A stretch of 64,000 nucleotides of DNA, taken from the NCBI RefSeq assembly GCF_004010195.1, contig NC_057759.1:6165477-6229476 (forward strand), in the 5' to 3' direction. Under the pieces are notes generated by a model that had not been told where the DNA came from, made no database searches, and saw only the letters and a list, made by a program, of their open reading frames with translations. Position numbers and translations under genes: made by a program. The stretch is from Chiloscyllium plagiosum. Lineage: Eukaryota. Below, piece by piece: positions 23,218 through 37,103 of this stretch; positions within the stretch are counted from its first letter, which is position 1, and each line of letters opens with the position of its first letter.

Positions 23218-25310
23218 GATGCTACAGAGATATCTGTCAGGGCCCCAGCTCTTTCCTTTCTCCCGGGCCCTAGCAACCTGGGATAAATCCCATCCGGTCC
23301 TGGGGATTTTCCACCTTAATAACCTCTAGCCTACCCAACACATCTTCCGACTTATTTCAACATGATCCAGAGTAATCAAACTTCTACTTCTAATCTCAAT
23401 AGTCATCATGTTCCTCTCCTCCGTGAACACTGATGCAAAGTTATGATTCAGAATCTTCCCCATTTTCTCAGGTTTGATACACAGCCTTTCTTCCTCATCC
23501 TTTAGTGGACCAATCCTTTCTCTCGTTACCCACTTGCTTCTTATAAAATAATAAAAGGCTTTGGGATTCTCCATAATTCTGCTCACTGAAGCAATATCAT
23601 GACCCTTTTTAGCTCATTTGATTCCTCGTTTAAGACTTGTCCAACTCTCCTGATATTCCTCCAGGGCCCGTTCTGTTCTTTCCTGTCTGGACCTTTTGTG
23701 TGCTTCCCTTTTCCTCTTGGCTAGTCGTACAATTTCTCCTGTCATCCATGGTTTACGATTCTTGTTTTCCCTATCCCTTGCTTTCAACGGGACATGCCTA
23801 TCTTGCACTATCTTTAACCTATCTTTGAAGGCCTCCAACAGATCATATTTGGACGTCCCTTCAAATAGCTGTGTCCAATCCCCATTTCACAGCTCCTGTC
23901 TAATTTTGATAAAATTGGCCTTGGCCCAGTTTAGTACACTTCCCTTAGGACCACTCTCATCTTTGTCTAACAGTATATTAAAACTTACAGAATTGTGGTC
24001 ACTGTTCCCAAAGGAATCCCCACCGCAACTTCTACCACCTAGCCTGGCTCATTCCCCAACACGGGGAATGAGCCTCACAGCGCCAGAGACCTGGGTTCAA
24101 TTCCCGCCTCAGGCAACTGACTGTGTGGAGTTTGCACATTCTCCCTGTGTCTGCGTGAGTTTCCTCCGGGTGCTCCGGTTTCCTCCCACAGTCCAAAAAT
24201 GTGCAGGTTAGGTGAGTTGGCCATGCTAAATTGCCCGTAGTGTTAGGCGAAGGGGTAAATGTAGGAGAATGGGTCTGGGTGGACTTGTTGGGCCGAAGGG
24301 CCTGTTTCAACACTGTAAGTAATCTAATCTAAAAAACACCAGGTTCAATATGGTCCCTTCCCTCATTGGACTATTGACACACTGCTCTAGAAAACTGTCC
24401 TGGATGCTTCTTACAAATTCTGCCCCATCCAGACCTCTGGCACTAAGTGTCAACGTTGGGAAAATTAAACACAGGTGAGGTGCCAGAGGACTGCAGGGTT
24501 GCTCATGTTGTCCCCCTGTACAAGAAAGGTAGTAGGTATATTCTGGGTAACTACAGACCAGTGAGCCTGATATCAGTGGTGGGAAAGTTGCTGAAGAAGG
24601 TACTGAAGGATAAAATCTATTTATATTTGGAAAAGAATGGGATGATCGGTGATCTGCACAAAATCATGTTGCCTGGGAGGTCGTGCCTCACCAACTTAAT
24701 AGAGTTCTTTGAGGAAGTGACCAAGTTGTTAGATGAAGGAAAAGCTGTATATGTCATACACATGGACTTTAGGAAGGCATTTGATAAGGTTCCCCATGGT
24801 AAACTAATGGGGAAAGTGAAGTCACGTGGTGTGGACGCATTGGATATGGTGCAAAATACGTTTATGAGGATGTTGCCTGATATGGAAGGTGCTAGCTATG
24901 AAGAGAAGCCAAGTAGATTAGGATTGTTTTCATTAGAAACTAGAAGATTGAGGGGGGACCTGATTGAGGTCTACAAAATCATGAAGGGTATAGACGGGGA
25001 AGATAGAAATAGGTTTTTCCCGGGGTGACGCATTCAAGGTGAGAGGGGAAAAGTTTAAGGGGGATATACGCAACAATTACTCAACACACAGTGTGGTAGG
25101 TGCTTGAAACACATTGCCAGCAGAGGTAGTAGAGGCAGGTGGGTAGATTTATTTAAGATGCCTCTCCACAGATGCATGAGTAGGTGGGGAGCAGAGGGAT
25201 ACAGATGCTTAGGAATTGACCGACAGGTTTAGACAGTGGATTTGGATCAGCTCAGGCTTGGAGGGCCAAAAGGCCTGTTCCTGGGCTATAAATTTTCTTT
25301 GTTCTTTATT
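23218..25310. mobile_element. CR1 LINE with inverted 5' segment (minus 23218-24445, plus 24465-25310)
   Basis: The minus piece ends ...GALTDISVAS and the plus piece starts LNTGEVPED...; RT motif 'DFRKAFDKVPH'; TTCTTTGTTCTT tail. Confidence 0.85.
24070..24332 (+). mobile_element. HE1 SINE (5'-truncated) nested in CR1
   Basis: GGGTTCAATTCCC B-box, HE1 body, TAATCTAATCTA tail. Confidence 0.85.
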
Positions 25311-25569
25311 ATATTTGCCTTCCTAACTGCCAACTAAACCTGCCTGTTAACCTGAAGAGAATCCTGAACTCGGACTCATCCCCGAGGACCTTGTTTGTGC
25401 TTCAGGCCTGGCAGCATCTGTCCAGAGACAGACAGAGAGAAAGCGGAGTCAACGTTTCGAGTCTGGGGCAGCCGTCCTTCGGGAGAGTGGCCTTTGGTCT
25501 TGATGTGCCGCCGCACAATTTCTTGTTCACTCCCACCTCTCTGTCTGTGTGTATTTGTCATTATTATTG

Positions 25570-25800
25570 AGTTTGGCGAGTCCCGGAGCCGGCCCTGTTG
25601 TTTCTCTCTCCTGAAAGGGTTGTCCCTTTAAAGAGCCTTTCCCCTGAAGCAGCTGCTAACGGTCACTTGGGGCACGAGGCGGCCGTTAACCGCCATCTCG
25701 CGCGGGGCCTGAAGCTAAAATGGCGCCGGGGCCACGCGGGAAGGAAAAGCGCCGAGGGAGAGCGGACTGTGACAACATGCCCCGTTCCCGAGGGGCAGGA
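25570..25800 (+). promoter_or_regulatory. CpG-rich promoter-like island
   Basis: Local CpG retention in a CpG-poor window; YY1-like AAAATGGCGCC (~25717) and CCGCCATCT (~25690). Confidence 0.45.
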
Positions 25801-28629
25801 TGGTGGTTATTGGGGGGTGGAGGGGGACAGGAGAGATACCCCTCCCAGTGAGGCATCTTGTACAAACCGCGAGATCTCTCTCTCTCTCTGTAACTGACTG
25901 TCCATGACTTGCTTTAACTCTCTGATTATGTCGATCTTGTACAAACCGCGAGGTCTCTATCATTCTCTGTTTGACTGTCTATGACTTGCTTTAACTCTGT
26001 CGATTAATCTCTATGACGCTGTGATTTTGTGCCTCTTTCTGTTTGACTATCTTTCTTTAAAACTCTGTGTCCCTGTGTGTGTCTATGTTTCTCTCTGTTT
26101 CTCCCTGCCTCTCTGTGACCCTCTGTCTCTCTCTGATTCTCAGTGACTCTGTAACTCTCTCTGACTGTATGGTGAAAGTACTATTTGTTGCTGAACACAA
26201 CAACAACTCCTGCCTTAGAAAAGTGCCGAACAGTTTGCTTTAATCTCAGGCATCCCTGTGTCAGTCCGAGAGCTGACTGCCCGCTCTGGAAATAAGGTAG
26301 TGGAGAGAGACAGCACCTCATTAAACTACTCTGTTTGACCCCAATTGAATATATTTTCTGTAAGGGTGGTGAAGAGATTTAGTGGGAATACTCCAACCAC
26401 TGCAGAACTGTACACACAATCATCACCATCAGCAAAAGTCAAGAGGCAATTAGCATTGTGCTGTTTCTAACCAGGAGCGAGTATCTCTCCTGAACAGCAA
26501 ATGTATCGCTATTTCAGTGAGGTTTTTAAGCATCTCTATACAAATCGACATTATCAGAGGAATGTGATGGCACTGGGGAAGCACACAGGGAGATTTACCA
26601 GGATGTTGCCTTGGGGGCTGGAGAGTTTGAGTGATGGAGAGACATTGGACAGACTGGGGTTGTTTTCCTTGGAGCAGAGCAGATTGAGCGTGGGGACATG
26701 ATTGAGATGTATAAAATGATGAGGGGTGTAGGCAGGAAGAAACCTCCCCCACCCCCTTGAAGGAGGGATCAATGACTGGGGGAGGGGCATACGTCTAATA
26801 CCATACTCTCAGTCGTAAGGTCACAGAACAGAAATAGGCCCTTCAGCCCAACACATCTATGCTGACCAGGTCCCCAAATGGAACTAGTCCATTTGCTTGT
26901 GTTTGGCCCATATCCGTCAAAACCTTTCCTATCCATGTATCTTTCCAAATGTCTCTTAGACAGGAGAGAGCTGGCCATTGAGTGCTTCCAGTCCCAGCAC
27001 CAAGGCAGATACCAGTGCATCGTGATCAACAGGGGTTGGAACGATATTTAATGTGACCAGGAATTCCATAACCTCACAGAGCCAGGTAATTTATTCTTCA
27101 TCTTTGATCTGTGCACGTTCTTCACTGGAGTCCAGCTGAAGATTAACATGAACACTAAAAAATTGCTTCAGAAACTCAGCAGGTCGGCAGCATCTGTGGG
27201 GGAGAGGAGGAAGGGAGAAAGAGAGAGAGAGAGTAATATACTTTCTCAGATAAGGGAGGCCTTCATAGCAAGAGGATTCAAGTCCAAGTGAAGGCATGTC
27301 TCCCTACAATTGGACACGGTGAGACCACACCCTGGAAACCTGTGTGAGCAGTTTGGGGTTTCCTTATTTGAGGAAGGTTATTGTGCCTATGGAGGGAGTG
27401 CAGCAAAGGTTTCCCAGAATGATTCCTGGGATGGCAGGACTGACAGAGGCAGAGAGACTGGAATGATTAGGGTGACACTCACTGCAGTTTAGAAGAATTA
27501 AGGGAGAATCTTTCAGAAACCTATAAACTTGAACAAGGACGAAACAGAATAAACATGAGGAGGGTGTTCCCGGTGACTGGGCGGAGAGTCCAGAACCAGG
27601 GGGTCACAGTCAAAAGGAAATGGAGTGGGACTGAGATGGGGAGAAATGTCTTTACCCAGAGAGTGGGGAGCCTGTGGAATTCTCTGTCACAGAAAGCAGT
27701 AAGGCCAGAATACTGAATGTTGTTCAGGAAGGAGTTGGATTGAGTTCTTTGGGGCTAAAGGGAGAGTGTGGGGAGACAAGGGACTGTGTTGGGTGATCAG
27801 CCATGATCCCTTTGAATGGGCGGAGCAGACTAGAGGGGCCGAATGGCCGCCTCCTGATGATATTTTCGATATTTCTCTGTGAATGGCCCAGTTGCCGCCG
27901 ACTGGTGGAGGACAAGGCAAGTTTTGCCTCGATATATGCAGGCCGTGAAAATGAGGGACAGTAATTTCTAGTTGACAATTTAGAGAGAGTTGGTGCAGAG
28001 CGATCTTTTGAGTTTAGCATCGAATAGTTTGGGTTGGATTGGTGGGATATTGTTACTGAGAGAGGCTGCACAGATACAATGATGCTACTGCAATGGTGAG
28101 GGTTTGGAGGGAATTTTCAGACACGAGGGTTTCCCTCCAAACGAACGAGCATTGGCAGGGGGTCAGGGCGACAGGGAACACTGGGCTTGGTGTTTGCTGA
28201 AGGGATGATGTTATTGACAGGAAATCCCTCTCTGAATCCAACACAGGCAAACAGCACTGAGATGGCAGTACTCATTGTCCCACTGTTTCTGATCCTTTTT
28301 CTCCTCACATTGCTTCCCATTAAACTCCGGGATTGGAAATAAGGTGAGTGAGACACTCTAGCAGGTAACCCCGGTGATCATTCTCCAGTTGGTGCTCGAT
28401 GTAGGTTTCAAACTGATGTTGCTCACATAGTGTGCGTATGAGAGAGTATGTGTGTGAGTATGTTTGAGTGAGAATATGAAAGAGTGTGTCTCTCTCTGTG
28501 TGAGAGAGAGAGAGAGACACACACACACATTTTCATTGACACTCACGCATAGTTTCACATGCACGCGCACACACCGACTCAGTAATGTCTGCAGTGCATA
28601 TTGTAGACCACACTTGAGAAGCTGAACAC

Positions 28630-29060
28630 CGTCCAGGGACAAGACAGCCCCTGCTTGATTGGCACCACATCCACTCCATCCACCACCCGCGCTAAGTAGC
28701 AGCTACGAGATGCCCTGCAGAAGTTCACCAAAGCTCCTCAGGCAGCACCTTCCAAACCGACAACCAGGTCCATCTAGAAGGATAAGCACAGCAGATGCAT
28801 GAGAATACCACTTCTTGCAAGTTTCCTTTTGAGCCACTCACCATCCCCAACTTGGAAATACATCAGCCATTCATTTAGTGTCGCTGGGTCAAAATCCTGT
28901 AGTTCCCTATCTAATGGTATTGTGGGTCGACCTACAGCACAGGGACTGCAGTGGTTCAAGAAGGCAGCTCACTACCTCCTTCTCAAGGGGCCAACTAGAG
29001 ATGGATAATAAATTCTCGGCCTAGCCAGGGACTTTCCCATCCCACAAGTGAATTAAAAAA
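28630..29060 (+). mobile_element. LINE (CR1/L2-type) 3' end
   Basis: 'GLQWFKKAAHYLLLKG' terminal peptide and 3' UTR ending AATTAAAAAA; the same tail recurs near 32690-32820. Confidence 0.6.
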
Positions 29061-30959
29061 GAAATAAAGCACTATTTGGGAATGTGCTTTGTGAGGATGT
29101 CGGCAGGCTGAACAAGTGGCAGACGAAATTACTTGGGGAGACATACAAAGTAATGTGCGGTGTTCAGAGGAATGGTCAGCACAGATATAAACTAAAGATT
29201 AAAATTGGAATAACTGTCACTTGCGCATCAGTCAAAGAATCTAGATTCATTTGCTAGCAGAAGAAGCTGAATATTTGCAGTAAAACTTTCCAATATTCTT
29301 TCTCTCTTATTTTCTCCAGCTGATTCTTCGAGCAGTTTCCTGTGGCACAGGTAAATTAGTGAGGTGGTTAGCAACTTCAAACAGCATTCAAACACTGTCT
29401 AAATGGGCTGTAAATCACTCGGGGATGCAAACCCAGCAATTTTATATTTGTTCGACAAATTGGAGCAAATGAACTGTTGTGTCTGACTCGTTTGCAAATC
29501 TAAAGCACAACAGTTCAAATTGACGACACACTCACAATTTCCGTTAGACAGTGAACTGAGCGTTGGTCAGTCCCATTAGCAGTGAGGTTATCCATTGCAG
29601 TTGGAAGAATTGAAAAAGGGAACTTATCATCTGAATAGGAGAGAAAGTTCAAAATGTCAGTGTAAAGGCTACAGCAAGTCACAAGGAAGACATTTATTGC
29701 GAAAGGAATGGTAACCTCAGTCAGTGAGAGATTCAAACCCATGCTGTCGATGTTACTCCACATTCCAAACCAGCCATCCAGCCAACTGAGCTAACCTGAC
29801 ACCCAATACAAAGCAGAGAGCAGAAAAGAAATCAATTCCGGTGACAGCACAAGTCTTGAATGGAGAATATTAGATTATATTGGAGATACATCTTTGATCT
29901 GTTGGATATTTCTTTGTATGTGTGTAACATCTTGCCTTCACAGGCAACAGTAGCTGAATTTAGAAATACATTTGATAAAGGGAGTTGGCCTTCTATTACC
30001 TAAGCTGGTTTTCTTCTGTTCTGGACACTTTACTTAAGGAAGGATGTTCAAACCCTGGAGACAGTGTGAAGGAGATTTATGAGAATGATCACAACGATGA
30101 GGGATTTTAGATTCAGGGAAAGGTTCAAGAGATTAAGCTTATTCGCTTTTGAGCAGAGAAGATGAAATATTGACCTTATTGAGAGGTTGAAAGTTTGAAC
30201 AATTCTGACAGGAAAGCAAGTTATTGTTTCCCACTCATTAGTCTATTATTAACTGGCTGGTCAGAATTTCAAGATTGTCAGTGAGAGAGTGAGATGAGGA
30301 GAAACCTATTTGGGTTATTGGGTTTGGAATGTGCTGCTTGGGAGAGTGGTGGAGGCAGATTGCATAGGAGGTTTGAAAAGAGAGCTCAATATAAATTTGA
30401 AAGGGATGATGGTATAGGGCTGGAGACTGGGACTAGCTGGGTAGCTCGTTCAGGAGCTGGTACAGACACGAATGATCTCCTTCCGTACAGTAAAATTGTA
30501 TGATTCTATGAACGTACAAGTTTTGAGCCACATTCCGGACAATTCCAGGAGGTCATTCATTGGGACCTTGGCTCAGTGACCTCATTGCCAGGGGGTTTTG
30601 TACGCAAACAGCAGCAAATTGTTGTCACGAGCGGGATTGGAACTTGATTGGGTAATGATCTGGAAATATTTCATTTCAAGGGAGGCGATGGAAGATCTAG
30701 CTGAGGGCACGAATGAGGACAGACCTGCAAGAAGTTTCGAATGCACAGATCGGGCTAAGCCGATTAAATGGTGAGTGTGATTCTGTGAGGTGCTGATCCT
30801 ACACGTCATGTATTGGTCAGCGTTCATGCTGGTATTTATCTGATTTGGAAGATCAGCAAAAACAAATCTGTTCCTGGAAGTGTTGGAGGGAAGTTTGGGT
30901 TGTTTCCTTTCCAACAGAGAAGATTGATGGTGGAAGGGGACATGACAGAGGTGTGTAAG

Positions 30960-32555
30960 ATTGGTAGTGTTGTTGAGCAGAGCACCCGAGGGGTTCAGGT
31001 CCATAATTCTTTGGAGTTTGTGTCACGGGTGGACAGGGTGTTTGGGAAGGTGTTGAGAACACTTGCCTTCATTGCTCAGCCCATTGAGTTTTGGAGTTCA
31101 GACACCATGTTGTGGTTGTACAGGACATTGGTGAAGCCTGTTCTGGTGTATTGTGTCCAGTTCTGGTTGCACTTCGAGAAAGGACATTATTAAGCTGGAG
31201 AGGGTTTAGAAAAGATATACCAGAATGTTGTTGAGAATGGAGAGTTTGAGTTATAAGGAGAGGCTGGATGGACTGGGACTAATTTCACTGGAGAGTAGAA
31301 GTTTGAGAGGTATAGAGGTTTATGAAATCATGATGGGCATAGATGAGGTGAATGGCACGTGTCTTTTCCCTCGGGTGGGGGACTTCAAGACCAGGGGACA
31401 TATTTTTCAGTTGAGAAGAAAAACATTTTTGAAAATGACATGATGGGTAACATTTTTTGACGGAGAGTGGTTCACATGTGGATTGAACTTTCAGAGGAAG
31501 TGGCGGATACAGGGTCAGTTACAATATTTAAAAGACATTTAGATTAGTACGCGAATAGGAAAGGTTGGATAGATAAGGGCCAAGTGCAAACAAGTTGGAC
31601 TAGTTTAGTTTGAGATTATGAATGGCATGGACGAATTGGACCGAAGGGTCCGATTCCTTGCTGAGTGACTCTATGATTCTATTCTGTGGGTCGTGGACAG
31701 GAAGGACAGGAAGCAGCTTAGTCGAAGGGTCAGTAACAAGGGGGGACATCATTTTAAATTGAAGGGTAAGAGGTTTTGAGAGCGATTTGAGGATTGTTTC
31801 ACCCGGAGGATGGTAGGGATTTGGAATGTGTGAAAATAAAATATTTGGACTTGCAATTTCTATTTGAAATCACTAATTGCTCCGTTGTGTGGGAATGCCA
31901 CTTTGTAACTGCAAGTGGTTGCATGGTTTATTAATGTGGAATATCCGTATAAAGGAGCAGGAGGAGGCCATGGAGGGTGCCCTTGAGCCTGTTCCACCAT
32001 TCAATGCCTGATCTGTGACCTGACTCCATCGACCTGCCTTTGGCCCTTATCCCCTTAAAAACTTTGCTGAACAAAAAACTTATCTCTCAGATTTAAAACT
32101 AACAACTGATCCAGCAATGCCTGCTGTTGTGGAAGAGAGTTCCAAACTTCCCCTAGCCTCTGTGCATATTAGTACTACCGAATATCTCTCCTGTTGTCCG
32201 ACTATGCCCTCCCAATTTCTAGATCCCCCAAACAGTGGAAACACTTTCAATTTATCCACCCTGTCTTTTCCTGTTAATATCTTCAATCAGATCATCCCTG
32301 AACCGTGTAAATTTTGCACAGAGCAGGCTTAATTTGTGTAATCTCTCCACATAATTTAACCCCTGAAGCCCAGGTATCATTCTTGTAAACTCATGCTGTA
32401 CTTCCTCCCAGGCCAATCTATCCTTCCTCAGGTGTATTGCCCAGATCTGCTCCAAGTGGCGTCTAACCAGGGTTTTGTATAACTGCAGCATCCCTTCTGC
32501 ATCCTTATACTCCAGTCCTCTTGATATAAAGGCCAGCATTCCATTAGCTTTCTTC
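30960..32555. mobile_element. Two CR1 3' fragments (plus 30960-31685, minus 31950-32555)
   Basis: 'LYRTLVKPVLVYCVQFW' and 'LQLYKTLVRRHLE', plus CR1 3' UTRs. Confidence 0.8.
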
Positions 32556-35500
32556 AGGCACTGAATGTCAGAAATAAAAAGAAACACAGAAATTGTTGGA
32601 AAAATTCAGCAGGGACAGATTGTTTGCCACCTGGGGACTGACTGGATGGCAAGTTGTCTTCAACAGTAAAGAATGTGTGTATATCTACAGCACATGGACT
32701 GCAGCAGTGAAAGAAAGCAGCTCGTCTCTACCTTCTCAAGGGAACAAGTAGGGATGAGTTGGGCAATAAACGCTGGGTCCAGTGGGTGATACCCATGTGC
32801 CATGAGTGAATAATAAAAAAATGCAATTTACCCCAGGGCCTCCACCTTCCCTTTTGTGAGCTTGTTCTGGGAGGGAAGATGGCACCTTTGTAGTGAATGT
32901 TGATGCAAAATACCCATTTGATGTTATTGAGTGACATGGTTCATGAACTGCTTTGAAAAGGTTGATATATAGCTAAGCGTTTAGGTTTATATTCCTGCTG
33001 GGTTGGGGCTGTGACCTTAATTATCAGTCCGTATTTAATTTTGAGGCATCGTTTGCTGTTGGTTTAACATTCTGATCTCTAACCTTTCGGTTCACTTTGC
33101 TTATTGTTTCTTGATTGTAGATGACTCCGAAATAGACAGCAGTTTGGTGTACTCAGTTTTCATCATCTCCAAACCAAGAAACGCTGGTACAGGATACAAT
33201 ATATATACTTATAACATTTCTGGTTCAGTGAAAGTGGAGATTTTCTCCAGTTTATCTTAACCCTGAAAAACCCAGCCACTTTTAAACATCACTGGTGTTT
33301 CTCTTGCTCATTGCATGGAGTGGAGGTCCATGAATCTTTTTACATCATTTGAATTTATTAATAATCCATAGTGTTTGCAATCATCTAAATCATAGACATG
33401 TTCCATCTATGTCAACTAAATTAACAACAGGGCAATGTGAATTGGAAGAGGAAACGTTACACTGATGGCGAATTGCTTTATCTGACATCTTGTTTTGAGG
33501 GGATGCCTAAATTTTAGGCCCTGGGACATCAATCTGTTGGTTGCCCCAGCTTAATGTCTGAGAGTGGCCCCTTCTGGCCAAGGTCTTTGGGGCAAGGAGC
33601 CATTCATTTTAGGTCTAGCATTATTCACATGTGGAGCATTGTCATTTCTTTGTCCTGAGTGTTTCTTTAATGATACAAAGATAGGTGGAAGGATCGGTAG
33701 TGTTGTGGAAGCAGGGATGCTGCAGAAGGATTTGGACAGGCGAAGAGATCGGGCAATGAAATGGCAGATGGAATACAATGTGTGAAAGTTGGAAGTTATG
33801 TACTTTAGTAGGAAGAACAGAGATGGAGACTGTTTTCTAAATGGAAAACTTTATTGCAGATAGCTGTCATTACGTCTTTAAAACAGAGATAGATAGGTTC
33901 TTGATCAGTAGAAGGATCAACCGTTACAGAGAGAAGGCAGGAGAATGGGATTAACAAACATATATTAGCCATGATGGAATGTTGGAGCAGACTTGATGGG
34001 TTGAATGGCTGCTATATCTTATAGTCTTGACACGAAGTGACTAATATATTGTGATGCATCGCACAGTTTAGTCCCTCAGATTCAGAGCTTTCTGAGCATG
34101 TGCTATGAGTCACCCACACTAAAAAGTGTTCAGACAGCTGGACGACCAACACAACATACGGGTGAGGAGCCCTTGGGAGCCTGCTATCCCCATTCTGTAT
34201 GGCTGTGACTCATCTCATCCCAGTCTCAGCCCCAATTTCCTGTCCCCACTCCCTTTAACCCCTCACTGATTAACAATCTGTCAGTCCCCTCCTTCAATTT
34301 ATTTAGTGTCCTGACATGCTCCCGCTTACTGGGGGGGGGGGGGAGAGGAAGAGTCCCAGAGATTCCCACCCCCTCTCCCTTGGAGAGAAGCCATTTCTCA
34401 GCATCACTGTATTCAATCTGTCCCACCCTCTTCTCCTGAAACAATGACCCTCTCGTTCTAAATTGTCCCACATGAGGAACCATCCTCACTTTGTCTCCTT
34501 TGTCAATCCCACCCCCTTTAGCATCCTATATCCCTCAGTTGGATGTCCTCTCATTCCTATAAACTACAGAGAGTATTGGCCTTGACTACTCAATCTCTCT
34601 TTTGAAGACAAACCTCTCTGAACATGAAATGTACAAAATCACGTTGCAGTTGGATGGTATCTTGGATGTAGAATACATGTCACAAAGTGCTTTAGTCATA
34701 ACTTCTGAGAGATCTACAGCGAAGGAAAAGGCCCATTGAGTCTGTGCCGGTCAGAAACAATCACCTCACTATTTTCCAATCCCATTTCCTCAGCACCTGG
34801 CCCCATAGCCCTGGTGTCACCAATGCACATCTAAATCCTCCTTCAATGTGATGAGTGTTTCATCTTCTCCCACCCTTACAGGCAGTGAGCTCCAGATTCC
34901 CACCACCCTCTGGGTGAACAAGATTTTCCTCACATTCCCTCGAAACCTCTGGCCCTTACCTTCAATCTGTGCCCCTCCTCCACCTCTGTCAAGGGGTGAA
35001 AGTTCCTTCCTATCTTCACCCCTCATTGTTTTATACATCTCTCTCTTTCAATCCACTCTGCTATAAGGTCAACAACCCCAGTCTGTCCAATCTCCCTCAA
35101 TCACTGAAACTCTCCAGCCCCCAAGGCAACCTGCTGGTAAATCTCCCTGTGCATCCTCTCACAGTTCATTCAGATATGTCCCGTTGGTAAAATGTCTTTT
35201 ATTTATAGCTCATTCCACTGGTGCATCAGGAAAGAAACACATAGGTTATTTTGTAGTGAAAAAGAGGACCGTTTATATTTAATCAGCAAAGTTATGTTTT
35301 TAGCAGGCAGTTTATGTAAAGTCACCATTGTCTCATTAGAGAGCGGGAGAAAGGGGTGTAGGAGAGAAAGAGAGAGAAAAAGCAACAACTGTTTATGGTT
35401 TAACCTGAGGGTCGCCACATCTAAGGCACAGGGAATGATCATTCACAGCAATCTCAACCAGAGCAGCAATTGAACTACAAGCTGTCAGCCTGACTATACA

Positions 35501-35564
35501 TTGTAAGCCAACTATAGAATCAACTGAGCAAACCAACCCCTACATGGCCAATGGCAAAAACATT

Positions 35565-35920
35565 GGGTGGCTCAGTGGCTGGGTGGTTAGCATTGCTGTC
35601 TCACAGCACCAGGGACCCAGGAACAATTCCAGCCTTGGGTGACTGTCTGTGTAGAGTTTGCACGTTGTCCCCTTCTCTGCTTGGGTTTTCTCCAGGTGTT
35701 CTGGTTTCCTCCCAAAGTCCAAAGATGTGGAGTTTAGATGGATTGGCCATGCTAAGTTGCCCATAATGTGAGGGATAGGCAGGCAAGGAGGGTTAGCCAA
35801 TGCAAACGCAGTGTTACAGGGATAGGGTAGGGTAGTATATCTGGGCGGGATGCTATTCAGAGGATCAGTATGGACTCGATGGGCTGAAAGGCCTGCTTTC
35901 ACACTGTAGGATTCTATCAT
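35565..35920 (+). mobile_element. HE1-like SINE
   Basis: tRNA-like head GGTGGCTCAGTGG..GGTTAGCA and HE1 body motifs. Confidence 0.75.
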
Positions 35921-36697
35921 GTGCAGGTGAAGGGGATTGGCCATGGTTAATGCAGGGTTACGGGGATAGGGTCAGGGTCTGTTTGGGATGCTCTTCACTG
36001 GCTTGGGCAGACTGGATGGGCTGAATGGTCTCTGTCCACACTTTGTGGATTATGGCGACATCAATGTTTAGCACAAAGATGTGATGAAACTTATTCTGAA
36101 ATTAATTTTGATGAGATTCATTTTCAGTTTCTGAAATAATGGGAAAACAAAATCCTATGTTTACACCTCCCCAGGGTATGTCCTGGAGGTGTGAATTTGA
36201 ATCTTGCTGTGGCAGGTGGTGGATTTGGAATTTGATTTTAAACAGAAACAGATCTGGAGTTAAGACTCTAATGATGACTGTTGTCAGGAACAAACAGCCA
36301 TCTGGTTCAAAATTGAAGACTGAGGCGAGGAGGAATTTCTTCTCTGAGGGTTGAGAGTCTTTGGAACTCCTTGCCACAGAGAGCTGTGTGTGGGGACAGG
36401 GAGCAGGTTTATAGCTGGGGTAGATAGACTCTTGATCAGTCGAGGAATTGAGGGTTACATGTTAAATGCAGGAAAGTGAGTGTGAGGAATGGTGCATCAA
36501 TCATGATGCTATTGAATGGCTGAGTAGGTTCGAGAGGCCAAATAGCCTTTTCCTGTTCCTGTCTGATGGTCCTTCAGGAAATGAAATCTGTCCTCCTCAC
36601 CCAGTCTGCTCTGCACATGACTTCTAATCCTTTCCAAATTCCTCACCACCTTCTGGCTGAGCGAGTCGATTGGTTCAAGGACATTTTGGAATTGCAT

Positions 36698-37103
36698 CCA
36701 CTTCCCACTTTGGCAGAGATAACTGCATCCTGTTCAGAATACAGAGAAATAACATTTGTCAGAGTCAGTATTCGGCTTGTTGAAATCACATGCTTTGCCA
36801 TGAGAAATTGGTCTGGATAATGACCCCAGATATTCACAGCTCCTCCTGAACACACTGTCTTTCAGGCAAAGTTTATTATTCTCATCCAAATTTAGAGTTA
36901 CCACTTCCCACTTTGGCAGAGATAACTGCATCCTGTTCAGAGTACAGAGAAATAACATTTGTCAGGGTCAGTTTTCGGCTTGTTGAAATCACATGCTTTG
37001 CCATGAGAAATTCGTCTGGATAATGACCCCAGATATTCACAGCTCCTCCTGAACACACTGTCTTTCAGGCAAAGTTTATTATTCTCATCCAAATTTAGAG
37101 TTA
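36698..37103 (+). repeat. Head-to-tail 203-bp tandem duplication
   Basis: 36698-36900 and 36901-37103 differ at about 4 positions. Confidence 0.95.

Noticed and set aside
34067..34161. Additional cytoplasmic exon of the receptor pseudogene (donor GG|GTGAGG)
   Set aside because: The acceptor is ambiguous and I could not find a phase-consistent open frame; not counted as evidence.
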